Shown here: piece after piece, positions 19,998 through 29,416 of the stretch
Position numbering within the stretch: the stretch's first letter is position 1
Layout: each line of letters begins with the position of its first letter
Assembly (NCBI GenBank): GCA_043718735.1
Contig: JAYSVC010000032.1
Span: 1 to 41,161, forward strand
DNA from: a bacterium
Lineage (GTDB): Bacteria; Patescibacteriota; Minisyncoccia; Phycocordibacterales; UBA5272
Length of the DNA: 41,161 bases
Direction: 5' to 3'
The notes under the pieces: generated by a model
Told to the model about the DNA's origin: nothing
Databases searched by the model: none
Seen by the model: only the letters and a program-made list of their open reading frames with translations
Program-made: the position numbers and the translations under genes

Positions 19998-20264
19998 TTA
20001 ATTTCTAATCAAAAGCTTCTTCCATTCATCGATTGCTTGGCGATTGTTTACGCCAGAAACCAAAACGAGACAGCGGGGATGATTCATTGCTGAGGTTTTG
20101 TTGGGATTGTTTTCCAGCACTTCAACAAGTGAAAGGATGCCATTTTTAAAAGTTTTGTTAAACCATTTTTGTAGACGCACATACAATCGATGCATTTTTG
20201 TCTGCCAGTGACGACATCCAACTATGGCAACTTTTGCATATGAACTAAAATGTGTATTTTTCAC
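19998..20264 (-). CDS. orphan hypothetical protein D (88 aa)
   Basis: GTG start after AAAGGAG, with its own promoter and terminator. Confidence 0.65.
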   Translation of the reverse strand: MKNTHFSSYAKVAIVGCRHWQTKMHRLYVRLQKWFNKTFKNGILSLVEVLENNPNKTSAMNHPRCLVLVSGVNNRQAIDEWKKLLIRN

Positions 20265-20318
20265 GTGCTTTCTCCTTTAATATTAGTGCGAGACATTCAC
20301 ACTTTCATGGGAAATTAT

Positions 20319-20347
20319 ATAATACACTATATTATAACTTTTAGCAA
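20319..20347 (-). promoter_or_regulatory. promoter of orphan D
   Basis: TTGCTA, 17 bp, TATTAT. Confidence 0.65.
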
Positions 20348-20426
20348 GTATTAAATACAAAGTTATTTTGTTATAATAAAAATAAGATTAATTTATATAA
20401 TTAAATATTTAAAAATAAAGAATATT

Positions 20427-22115
20427 ATGACACAAGAAAATCAAAATAAAATAATAGAAAATACTACAAATAGTAAAGAGATAGCAGCTTTACTTTTCCC
20501 AAATATTGCAAATGGTGTAGAAAAAAATAGAGAGTATTTTGAGGCTGAGCGTCTAAAATTATTAGAAGCTCGTAAGCTCGCAGGACGAATGGGTTCAGGA
20601 GCTGAGACATTACGTGTTGCTCCATCTCCAACAGGATTCCCACATATTGGTCTGGTTTACATGGCGCTTATATCTTCTAAAATAGCAAGACAGACAAGCG
20701 GAACTTTTTGTCTACGCATCGAGGATACAGATTCTTTGCGTGAGATGGATGGTGCAAGGCAAATAATTATAGACACTTTGCTTGATTATAGTATAAAATA
20801 TGATGAGTATTATGTTCAGTCAGAAAGAGTAGAGCAGTATAAGGCTTTTGCATTTGAAATGGTTGATTTAGGTAATGCTTATCCATGCTTCATAAGAAAA
20901 GAAGAATTAGATGCATTACGTGAGATACAAACAGTAAGTAAGGTCCGTCCCGGCATATATGGAAAATATGCTACCAATCGTGACCTCTCTCTTGGAGAAA
21001 TAAAAAATAAAATTGACAATGGGGAAAAGTTTGTTTTACGCATGAAGGCAAGTGGTGATGTAAATAACAAGAATAAATTCGTAGATGAATTTCTGGGTGA
21101 GCACAGGATACCTGAAAATGATGAAGATTTTGTTTTGCTTAAAAGTGATGGTGTTCCAACCTATCACTTTGCGCATGTTGTTGATGATTATTTATTGGGT
21201 ACAACTTTTGTAACTAGGGCTGAAGAGTGGTGGTCTTCATTACCAAAACACGTTTCTCTTTGGAAGGCTCTTGATTTACCTTGTCCAAAATATGGACATA
21301 TAATGCCAATAAATAAAACAGAACAAAAAGTTTTAGAAGATGGAAGTATAAAAAATACAGTTAGAAAATTATCTAAAAGAAAAGACCCAGAAGCAAGCAT
21401 GAGTTATTACACTGATCAGGGGTATTCGTCAGATGCTGTGACTGCATATCTGTACAGATTAGCTAATCCTAATTTTGATGAGTGGTTTACAGAGAATGTT
21501 TCAGATAAAAAAGATAAGGCATACAAAATAGATGATTATGTTTTGAATATGGATGAGATGAAGCGTAGTAGCCGTGGACCATTACTTGATTTTGTAAAAT
21601 TAAATAATATTTCAAGTGATATTATATCGAACATGTCATCAAAAGACATTGCAGAAAAAGTTCTTTCTTGGTCCAAAATAAATGATAAAGATTTTTATAA
21701 TATCATATCAAAAGATATACCATATTTAGAAAAAGTATTAAACATAGAACGTGAGACAGAGAATCCTAGAAAAGATATATATAATTTATCTTGTGTAAAG
21801 TCTAATGTTTTTTATATGTTTGAAGATCTGTTTGAGGATGAAAAAGTTGATTTCGTATGTGATGAGAAAATATTAGAGAAAATAAAATCAATACTAAACA
21901 ATGACATAAATTACAAAGAAGATACGATACTAGAAGATTGGATGATTTTTATGAAAGAAGAATATGCAAAAATAAAAGAAGAGTTTAATAATATAAAATT
22001 CGGAGAGATGATGATGATAATGAGAAGACTAATAACAAAGAGAGAGAAGACTCCAAATTTGTATTTTATTTTTCAAACACTTGGAAAGGAAGAGATTTTA
22101 AGAAGGTTTAAATAA
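20427..22115 (+). CDS. gltX: glutamate--tRNA ligase
   Basis: RVAPSPTGFPHIG, LRIEDTD, PTYHFAHVVDD and KLSKR motifs. Confidence 0.95.
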   Translation: MTQENQNKIIENTTNSKEIAALLFPNIANGVEKNREYFEAERLKLLEARKLAGRMGSGAETLRVAPSPTGFPHIGLVYMALISSKIARQTSGTFCLRIEDTDSLREMDGARQIIIDTLLDYSIKYDEYYVQSERVEQYKAFAFEMVDLGNAYPCFIRKEELDALREIQTVSKVRPGIYGKYATNRDLSLGEIKNKIDNGEKFVLRMKASGDVNNKNKFVDEFLGEHRIPENDEDFVLLKSDGVPTYHFAHVVDDYLLGTTFVTRAEEWWSSLPKHVSLWKALDLPCPKYGHIMPINKTEQKVLEDGSIKNTVRKLSKRKDPEASMSYYTDQGYSSDAVTAYLYRLANPNFDEWFTENVSDKKDKAYKIDDYVLNMDEMKRSSRGPLLDFVKLNNISSDIISNMSSKDIAEKVLSWSKINDKDFYNIISKDIPYLEKVLNIERETENPRKDIYNLSCVKSNVFYMFEDLFEDEKVDFVCDEKILEKIKSILNNDINYKEDTILEDWMIFMKEEYAKIKEEFNNIKFGEMMMIMRRLITKREKTPNLYFIFQTLGKEEILRRFK

Positions 22116-22135
22116 TAGTAATTTTTACGAAAATA

Positions 22136-22160
22136 AAAAGCAGTAATATTTACTGCTTTT
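22136..22160. terminator. bidirectional terminator between gltX and orphan E
   Basis: aaaagcagtaa-tat-ttactgctttt. Confidence 0.8.
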
Positions 22161-22182
22161 GTTTTTTATTTAATTTAAAACA

Positions 22183-22620
22183 TTAAGACCATTTGGTTTT
22201 AATATATTTAGGGTCTAATTTCTTTCCTAGAAAATATAGTCTATTTTTAATTAAAATCATTGTTATTTTAAAAGCTTCTTCACTATACTTTCCTTTTAGA
22301 AATGATAAGTCAGTTTCCATGATGTTAATTTTTGAGAAAAATGTAGCATAGAGAACTTCACGATAATCACACTCACCCATAATACCAATATCAATAATGG
22401 CAATTTTTTCAGGAGTGCCTTTTCTGAACTCGGCACCCCCATCAAATTCGTCCTTTACCACAGGCAGGAGATACTCAGAAAGTTTTTTTAGTGTAGCTGC
22501 ATAAAGGTAAATTATTTCGCTATCAACTATTCCAGTCACAGCCACACACCGTTGCTTATAAACAGCGAAGACTTTATTTTTCTTTGGTAATATTTTCCTA
22601 CCTTCTGTCATTTGAACCAT
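22183..22620 (-). CDS. orphan hypothetical protein E (145 aa)
   Basis: Start MVQMTEG after TAAGGAG; own promoter. Confidence 0.7.
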   Translation of the reverse strand: MVQMTEGRKILPKKNKVFAVYKQRCVAVTGIVDSEIIYLYAATLKKLSEYLLPVVKDEFDGGAEFRKGTPEKIAIIDIGIMGECDYREVLYATFFSKINIMETDLSFLKGKYSEEAFKITMILIKNRLYFLGKKLDPKYIKTKWS

Positions 22621-22680
22621 TTTGAACTCCTTAGTTAAATTAAAGATTTTAGTTTGAAGGTTTATTTTCAAAGCTTTATT

Positions 22681-22709
22681 ATAATATAACATTATCTTTC
22701 TTTTTGCAA
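22681..22709 (-). promoter_or_regulatory. promoter of orphan E
   Basis: TTGCAA, 17 bp, TATTAT. Confidence 0.7.
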
Positions 22710-22813
22710 GTTTATTCTTAAGAAAATATTCACTGTATACTTTATATGAAATATATGTTATATTTAATTTTCAATTGTTCATTTTAATTAATTTTATTTT
22801 AAGGAGAATCAAG

Positions 22814-23338
22814 ATGACTTATGAACCAAGTAGAAGAAATCTAAGTGCTGTACTAATGATGTTGAACAATATCGAAGAAGCAAAGGAAGGGCACAATGAA
22901 AATCCCGCTGCAAAAGCAGGACATGAAGCAGGTAAAAAAATTTTAGCTATGCGAGAAGCAGAAAATCCAAAAATACTTAGTGATGAGCAAATAGAGGCCC
23001 AGCAAAAAGTTACTTTGAAATCAGGTAAAGAAGTAGTGCTTTTCACTTTTGGGCATAATTATGGACCAAGTCTACAGCCTAATTTTCGCTCATTAACAGA
23101 AATCGAATGCATAGAACTGTGTGAACTGAACCCTGATCTACCGGCAGAGTTTATGTTTATCGTAAATGATAAAGGTTTATATTTCTGCTACAACGATGAT
23201 ATCACTGCACTTGTTTCGCTTAATCCGTTGGACAGTCTTACTAAAGTTATGAAAAGTGATAACCCTATGCTTCAAAGTGATTTACCTTTTTGGCATCACT
23301 ATATATGTTATTTGCCTCAAATTAAATTAACTATGTAA
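22814..23338 (+). CDS. orphan hypothetical protein F (174 aa)
   Basis: Start MTYEPS after TAAGGAG; leader contains CAATTGTTCATTTTAA; terminator follows. Confidence 0.75.
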   Translation: MTYEPSRRNLSAVLMMLNNIEEAKEGHNENPAAKAGHEAGKKILAMREAENPKILSDEQIEAQQKVTLKSGKEVVLFTFGHNYGPSLQPNFRSLTEIECIELCELNPDLPAEFMFIVNDKGLYFCYNDDITALVSLNPLDSLTKVMKSDNPMLQSDLPFWHHYICYLPQIKLTM

Positions 23339-23376
23339 GATATATTTAATGTATAAAAAGTATTTTACATAAAAAC

Positions 23377-23402
23377 AAAAGCAAGAGAAATCTTGCTTTT
23401 TT
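23377..23402 (+). terminator. intrinsic terminator of orphan F
   Basis: aaaagcaaga-gaaa-tcttgctttttt. Confidence 0.8.
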
Positions 23403-23490
23403 ATTTTGTCTAGACTTTTTTTAAAAAATATGTTAATATAAGTGTAATAAAAATTCTAAAAATAAAAATAGAATATAAACAAAAACACAT

Positions 23491-24465
23491 ATGTTAACAG
23501 ATAAAGTAACTTTAAAATTAAGCGCCGGAAAGGGTGGTGATGGAGTGGTGCGTTGGAGACGTGAAAAAGGTATACCTTATGGTGGTCCTGCTGGTGGTGA
23601 CGGTGGTAAAGGGGGAGACGTATACCTGCGTGTAATACGTGACGTATATGCACTGGGTGAATACAGACAAAAACCAGAATGGTCAGCTAAAGAGGGTGAC
23701 AGAGGAGAGAAGAGGAGTATGCATGGAGCTAATGCTGGTGACCTGATAATGAATGTGCCAATAGGTTCTATAGTATATAATCGTGATTATGACATAACTT
23801 ATGACCTTTCAAATGATGGGGAATTAATCAAAATCTTAAAAGGTGGACGCGGTGGTCTTGGTAATGAGAACTTTAAGACGAGTACAAACAGAACACCAGA
23901 AGAGTTTACGAGGGGGCAATTAGGTGAGTCAGCTACTTTTGATATTGAGTTACGACTTATCGCTGATGTAGGACTCATAGGAAAACCAAATGCTGGCAAG
24001 TCATCACTACTTAACGCGGTCACTCGTGCTGGAGCAAAAGTTGGTGATTATCCATTTACGACACTCGAGCCTAATCTTGGAGTGTATCATGATTACATTT
24101 TGGCTGATATACCAGGTCTAATTGAGGGAGCTAGTGATGGAAAGGGTCTAGGAATAAAGTTCTTAAAACATATTAGAAGAACTAACACACTGGTGCATCT
24201 TATCGCATCTAACGAAGAAGATCCAGCAAAAGAATACAAGATAATTAGAAATGAATTAGAAAAGTTCGATCCTGAAATGAGTAAAAAGAGGGAAATAGTA
24301 GTTATATCTAAAACAGACTTAGTAAGTGAAACAGAATTAAAAGAGAAAGTAAAAGCTTTTGAAAAAGACACAAAAATAAAACCATTAACACTGACTCTTT
24401 TTGATGACAGGTCAGTTAAAAGCTTTGGAGATAATCTTATTTTAGAATTATCAAAAACAAATTAA
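23491..24465 (+). CDS. obg: GTPase ObgE/CgtA (short C-terminus)
   Basis: Gly-rich Obg domain; GKPNAGKS, YPFTT and DIPG motifs. Confidence 0.96.
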   Translation: MLTDKVTLKLSAGKGGDGVVRWRREKGIPYGGPAGGDGGKGGDVYLRVIRDVYALGEYRQKPEWSAKEGDRGEKRSMHGANAGDLIMNVPIGSIVYNRDYDITYDLSNDGELIKILKGGRGGLGNENFKTSTNRTPEEFTRGQLGESATFDIELRLIADVGLIGKPNAGKSSLLNAVTRAGAKVGDYPFTTLEPNLGVYHDYILADIPGLIEGASDGKGLGIKFLKHIRRTNTLVHLIASNEEDPAKEYKIIRNELEKFDPEMSKKREIVVISKTDLVSETELKEKVKAFEKDTKIKPLTLTLFDDRSVKSFGDNLILELSKTN

Positions 24466-24468
24466 AGG

Positions 24469-25053
24469 TTATTTTAAAAGTTGCTTATGTTTACCTGGGG
24501 TGAATATTCCTAAATCCCTATTCTTTAATTGCATACAAGATATGAGTGTATCAGTTACACTATTGCTATTTTTAGTTTCTGAAAATAAATTAAAACCGTA
24601 TCTTGGATAAGATATATCTTCTTTATTTATATCTTCTCTGCAAACTGCTGCCTGATCCCAGATTACATTTATATAATCTTTTGTGCCTGATGCTATTTCT
24701 ATGCCTGTGTCACCTATGTCTAACTTCCTAGTCTCTTTGTATAAGTCATAATCAAATATGTAAACTTTTAATTTATCTGTTTTTTTATCACCAATCATTT
24801 TTGCATTACCATTTTCATCAGTAGCTAGGCCATGTATCTGATGTAATACATTATCTTCATCATCTCGCATTTCTAGAAAAGTGTGTCCAGTTATACCGGC
24901 TAATAATTTATGTTCTCTTTTTTCTATTTTAAAATATCCAGACCCTTTTTTTATTTTAGGTCTAACATAATTATTATTCAATATTAAAAATATAAAAGAT
25001 AAAGCAAAAGTGATTTTTACTAAGTCTACTATTATGATTTTTAATTTATGCAT
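24469..25053 (-). CDS. hypothetical membrane-anchored protein
   Basis: 194-aa ORF with N-terminal TM, co-oriented downstream of gatB. Confidence 0.75.
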   Translation of the reverse strand: MHKLKIIIVDLVKITFALSFIFLILNNNYVRPKIKKGSGYFKIEKREHKLLAGITGHTFLEMRDDEDNVLHQIHGLATDENGNAKMIGDKKTDKLKVYIFDYDLYKETRKLDIGDTGIEIASGTKDYINVIWDQAAVCREDINKEDISYPRYGFNLFSETKNSNSVTDTLISCMQLKNRDLGIFTPGKHKQLLK

Positions 25054-25080
25054 AATTATTTTTACTTTGTATTATCTAAT

Positions 25081-26556
25081 TTAGAAACTTTTAATAATAT
25101 CAATAAAGGCTTTTGGATTGCCTGACCCAGCACTTTCTTTCATGCATTTACCAACGAAGAACATTTCTAATTTTATGGCACCTGCTTGGTATTCAAGCCA
25201 TTCTTTTTGATTATCAGCTATTACTTTTTCTACTATTTTTTTATTAGCTTCAGGGTCTACTACTTGTATCAAGTTTAATTCTTTAGCTTTTTCTTCCACA
25301 CTCAAATTAATATCACACTTCTCTTTCATTATCACCAACAATAAATCTTTGGCTCCACGAGAAGACAGTTTACCTTCATGAGTCATTTGAATTATTTCTG
25401 CCAAGTGATTTTCGTAAGGCAGGTTAGTAATATTTTCTTTACTCATAATACCAGCAATATCACTCAATAAATAATTAGCAGCTAACAACTTTACTTCTGG
25501 GCTATTTTTATAAATGTCATCAAGCAATTTACATACATTATCATAATAATTTGCAAGAGTAGTATTCTCTAATAATAAATATCTTTGTTTTTCTTGCAAC
25601 CCTAAATCAGCTAATCTTTTGTCTTTAATATTTGGTAATTCTGGAAGTTCTGATCTCATTTTTTCTATATCAAATATTTCATGTAAATACATCTTTGGTA
25701 AATCTGGATCAGGAAAGTATCTGTAATCATTTGCATTTTCTTTTTTTCTTTGAGAAAAAGTCTCTAATTTTACTTCATTCCAGCCACGAGTCTCCTGAAG
25801 TATCGTCTCACCTTTTGCTAACATGTCAGTGTGCCTATCTACCTCATACATAATTCCTTTCTCTACACTGTTAAAAGAATTAAGGTTTTTAATTTCACAT
25901 TTGGTGCCGAATACTTTTGGGTCTTTTGTAATTGAGATATTAGCTTCGAATCTTATCTGTCCCTTTTCCATGTCTGCATCACTAACTCCTAGTGTGCGCA
26001 GTAGTCTTTGATATTCTCTACAAAACTGAGCTGATGCTTTTGCTGCCTCTTCTTTTGAATTATAAGTTATGGCCTCAGTCACTAATTCCATCAGTGGCAC
26101 ACCAGCACGATTAAAATCAATTAACGTGTATAAACCTTTTTCATGGTCACTCTTAGCCGTGTCTTCTTCCATATGTATGCGGGTCAAATCAATTCCTGCT
26201 AATTTGCCACCACTAACAACAGGGTATTTGAATTGGGTTATCTGATATGCTTTTGGCATGTCAGGGTAAAAATAATTTTTACGGTCGAATTCAGTAAAAT
26301 TAGCAATGTCACCATCAACAGCGAGACCAACTTTTATTATAGACTCTATCGCTTTTTTATTAGCCACTGGTAATGCTCCAGGTTCTGCCAGACATACAGG
26401 GCAGACATTAGTATTTGCTTCAGAGTTGAAGGGGTCATTTTTACAAGCACACCACATTTTACTCTCAGTCTTTACTTCAGCATGAACTTCCATTCCAACT
26501 GTTACATAATACTTACCATCTAAATCTTTTGCTGTTTTGTTTGCTTCTATTTCCAT
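25081..26556 (-). CDS. gatB: Asp/Glu-tRNA amidotransferase subunit B
   Basis: GMEVH, CPVC..PGALP, FDRKNYFYPD, DFNRAGVPLME and YRYFPDPDL motifs. ATG 26556 preferred over GTG 26583. Confidence 0.96.
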   Translation of the reverse strand: MEIEANKTAKDLDGKYYVTVGMEVHAEVKTESKMWCACKNDPFNSEANTNVCPVCLAEPGALPVANKKAIESIIKVGLAVDGDIANFTEFDRKNYFYPDMPKAYQITQFKYPVVSGGKLAGIDLTRIHMEEDTAKSDHEKGLYTLIDFNRAGVPLMELVTEAITYNSKEEAAKASAQFCREYQRLLRTLGVSDADMEKGQIRFEANISITKDPKVFGTKCEIKNLNSFNSVEKGIMYEVDRHTDMLAKGETILQETRGWNEVKLETFSQRKKENANDYRYFPDPDLPKMYLHEIFDIEKMRSELPELPNIKDKRLADLGLQEKQRYLLLENTTLANYYDNVCKLLDDIYKNSPEVKLLAANYLLSDIAGIMSKENITNLPYENHLAEIIQMTHEGKLSSRGAKDLLLVIMKEKCDINLSVEEKAKELNLIQVVDPEANKKIVEKVIADNQKEWLEYQAGAIKLEMFFVGKCMKESAGSGNPKAFIDIIKSF

Positions 26557-26612
26557 AATTTTATAATTTATTTTCTTAAGCACATTATAGCATATTTTAT
26601 AATTTTTGTAAT

Positions 26613-26642
26613 AAAAAAAGCCGAACTTCCAAGTTCGGCTTT
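26613..26642 (-). terminator. intrinsic terminator of orphan G
   Basis: aaagccgaactt-cc-aagttcggcttt with a T-run on the minus strand. Confidence 0.8.
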
Positions 26643-26670
26643 AAAGCTAAAATTCTTTTTAGTTAAGTAT

Positions 26671-27637
26671 TTACAGTTGTATATACTTAGAGTTAGTAGC
26701 TTCTTTTGAAAGCTTTTTAAAGCTTTCAGTACAAGTTAACGCAGAGTGGTTAGTCACGCAGACAGCAATGACATTTTTCATGTCTTTTACTGTTGACCAG
26801 TTCCAGTCATCACCAACTTCATCACTAATCACTAACACATGTGTTGCTTTTTTATCAGCAAAAACATATTTTAGTGCTTTGTGAGTGTTTTCAATCGAAG
26901 TGTCACCAAACAGTTGCTGAGCTGTAAGAAGCTGTTAATGCTTGACGCAGACTAACATCATCAGTAGCATTATTAATGCTACGAACTTCAGATGAATAGA
27001 CATACAGTCCAGCAAATTTTTTACCACTTGCTTTTAGTGTGTCCATGACATACTGGGCTACCATTTGTCGTTTTGAATCCATGGACCCTGAGACGTCAAG
27101 TGCAACTGAAAGTGAATCATTCTCGGCTAGTCCTGCCACAGCACTTTTAATCGCTGCAACTTTTTCAGCTCCGAACACAGTCGTCATGTCTGATGACGTG
27201 TTATGCGCCACTGGGATTTTTATTTTCCAACCTGGCAACAGAGTGTTGGACCATGAGCGTTTGTAATTTTCATTACAGAACAGACTTTTGCTTTTGTGCA
27301 CTTTTTTATGAGCACGCTCGCAAGCATCTTCATACTCGCCAATCAACATTTTTGCATTGGCAAGAATCAACGCTTCGCGTTCAACGCCGTAACGGTCAGC
27401 AATAGCATTTAAAAACTCATCTTTTTTTACAGTGTGTTTTTTTGCTGTTGCCAAAGTTACTTGTGTTTTGATGTTTACTACAGGGGTAGTATTGACGACT
27501 GCACTTGGCGACACAGAAGTTGTTACTTGTCCTGAAGCTGTCGGATTTTTGCTTTTTACAGGAGCTTCATCACTGCAAGCAGTAATGAAGAGCGTAGCAG
27601 ATACTGCCAGCAGTAAGATTTTTTTTGAAATGAACAT
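26671..27637 (-). pseudogene. LysM + vWA lipoprotein (orphan G), frameshifted near 26920-26935
   Basis: Lipobox ITAC, LysM (HTVKKDEFLNAIADRYGV) and MIDAS DVSGS. The vWA domain continues in the +1 frame (FGDTSIENTHKAL...VLVISDE...YIQL*) to 26671. Confidence 0.78.
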
Positions 27638-27718
27638 GTTTCCCCTTTTTTAAGGTTTTAAAAATACATTTGTTTTTAATTAAAAGTTAATATAATTAAG
27701 ACAAATGCACGAACTTAT

Positions 27719-27793
27719 ATAATAGCATCGAATGTAATTAAAGTCAAGTAAAGAATATAAGCTTTTGCAAAAAAGACTCATAAATGCTAGTAT
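27719..27793. promoter_or_regulatory. back-to-back promoters of orphans G and H
   Basis: Minus strand: TTGACT-17-TATTAT (27747-27719). Plus strand: TTGCAA-17-TAGTAT (27765-27793). Confidence 0.72.
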
Positions 27794-27833
27794 TAAAAAG
27801 TATTTGTTTTTAACTTTTAATTAGGAGTCAAAA

Positions 27834-28469
27834 ATGCAAAACTTAAAGCAAGATGTTCTTTTTCCAGAGATAGAAATAGTGAAATCAGTCTTAGTCTTAT
27901 TGCCTTACAACACAGATCAGACTAGAATAGATATATTAAAGACAGTTTTATGTAAAACCCTAGAAGGCTTTGTTTTAAATGACAGCTCACTGCGTGATCA
28001 TGTTACTTTACTTGGTCCAGTAAAAATGTCAAAAGAGAAAGCTATGACCAGGGCACACAGAAGTAAGTGGCATGCAAATATAAATCATTTTTTTAACTTC
28101 AATGGTGGACTCTTTCTTTCTGTCGCAGATTTTTATTTTCATAAAAATATACTGTGCCTTAGACTGAACACAACCAGTCAGCATTTCAAAAAAGCAATAA
28201 TTAGGGAAAGAAAAAGTTATTATGATTCTCTTGTTTCTAATAATGACGCAAGCTTAGACCTGCACATCATACTCGGAACTTGTGACGGATCTAAAATTAA
28301 AAGTAACTTAAAACTACTTTCAAGATTGAGGAATACCTCAGAGTATGCTCATATTTTTAGTAAAGATTTTCATTTTCAAACTGCTCATTTTGTAAAAAGG
28401 GCGATAGAAGGTGCAAAATTTGAAAGATGGGCTAGTGGTCAATTGCAAACAGCTTCCTTCGACACTTAG
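27834..28469 (+). CDS. orphan H, possible 2H-phosphoesterase-fold protein
   Basis: HVTL motif and a second degenerate HIIL motif about 87 aa later; TAGGAG SD. Confidence 0.55.
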   Translation: MQNLKQDVLFPEIEIVKSVLVLLPYNTDQTRIDILKTVLCKTLEGFVLNDSSLRDHVTLLGPVKMSKEKAMTRAHRSKWHANINHFFNFNGGLFLSVADFYFHKNILCLRLNTTSQHFKKAIIRERKSYYDSLVSNNDASLDLHIILGTCDGSKIKSNLKLLSRLRNTSEYAHIFSKDFHFQTAHFVKRAIEGAKFERWASGQLQTASFDT

Positions 28470-28477
28470 TTAATTCT

Positions 28478-28513
28478 AAAAGCAAATAAGAAATACTTCT
28501 TATTTGCTTTTTT
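28478..28513 (+). terminator. intrinsic terminator of orphan H
   Basis: aaaagcaaataagaa-atac-ttcttatttgctttttt. Confidence 0.8.
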
Positions 28514-28561
28514 CTTTTTATGTTATAATTAGCTTAATATAAAATATCTCAAAATAACATC

Positions 28562-29350
28562 ATGCAAGACCAAGAGCTGACATTAGAAGAGTTTCAAAAT
28601 CTAAGTAAAATGCATTTAAGTGCAGAAAATATAGATAATAATAAAAATACTTTTGCGGTGAAGCAAGGTAGATTCGAAGGTCCATATACAAAGATTTTGG
28701 AGTTAATAGAATCTAGGAAATTAACCATATCAGAAATCTCTTTGTCTCAAATAGCTGATGACTACATTAATTATGTGAAGACATTAGAAACTGTAAACCC
28801 ATTAGACATATCACAATTTATACAGGTTGCCAGCACACTTATGCTGATAAAAGCAAAATCTCTACTACCTCAAATGGAATATACGAATGATGAGAAAGAA
28901 GAAGTAAATACATTAGAAAAGAAATTAGAATTACATAGAGAGTTAAAAATAGCTGAAGAAAATATAAAAGACATATGGGGAAAGAGTGTCTTATTAAGCA
29001 GAGAAGAAGTGAAGTATAAAGTAGAAAAAATATTCACACCTATTTCAGTGACATATGAAAATATTTTTTCTGTAGCAGTACTCACCCTTGCTAAAATGCC
29101 TAATTTTGAAAGGTTGAAGAATGTAGCAGTGCGTCAAGCGATAAAGTTAGAAGATGTAATAGAAAAAATGATAAGTAGAATCAGTGAAAGCATGACAAGT
29201 CTAAAGGATTTTGCAAAAAGTATGGGTGGTACTGAAAAAGAAGTGAAGAGGAATATTATAGTGAGCTTTTTAGCCTTATTAGAGCTGCTTCGCCATGGAA
29301 AGATAAATGCAGAAGAGAATGATGGTGATATAAGTATAAATAGTATATAA
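28562..29350 (+). CDS. scpA: segregation and condensation protein A
   Basis: FEGP..LL.LI, LIKAKSLLP and FLALLEL motifs. Confidence 0.93.
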   Translation: MQDQELTLEEFQNLSKMHLSAENIDNNKNTFAVKQGRFEGPYTKILELIESRKLTISEISLSQIADDYINYVKTLETVNPLDISQFIQVASTLMLIKAKSLLPQMEYTNDEKEEVNTLEKKLELHRELKIAEENIKDIWGKSVLLSREEVKYKVEKIFTPISVTYENIFSVAVLTLAKMPNFERLKNVAVRQAIKLEDVIEKMISRISESMTSLKDFAKSMGGTEKEVKRNIIVSFLALLELLRHGKINAEENDGDISINSI

Positions 29351-29416
29351 ATAAGTAAAAATAATAATTCAAAAAGAACTAAAAGTGTAGTATAATATAA
29401 CAGAGAAAAAAGAAAT

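Noticed and set aside
26880-26905. TGA readthrough (genetic code 25 or 4) explaining the early stop of the LysM-vWA ORF
   Set aside because: The in-frame continuation soon hits a TAA and lacks vWA motifs, while the +1 frame has them. ftsW also ends in TGA, and the long conserved genes translate fully under code 11.
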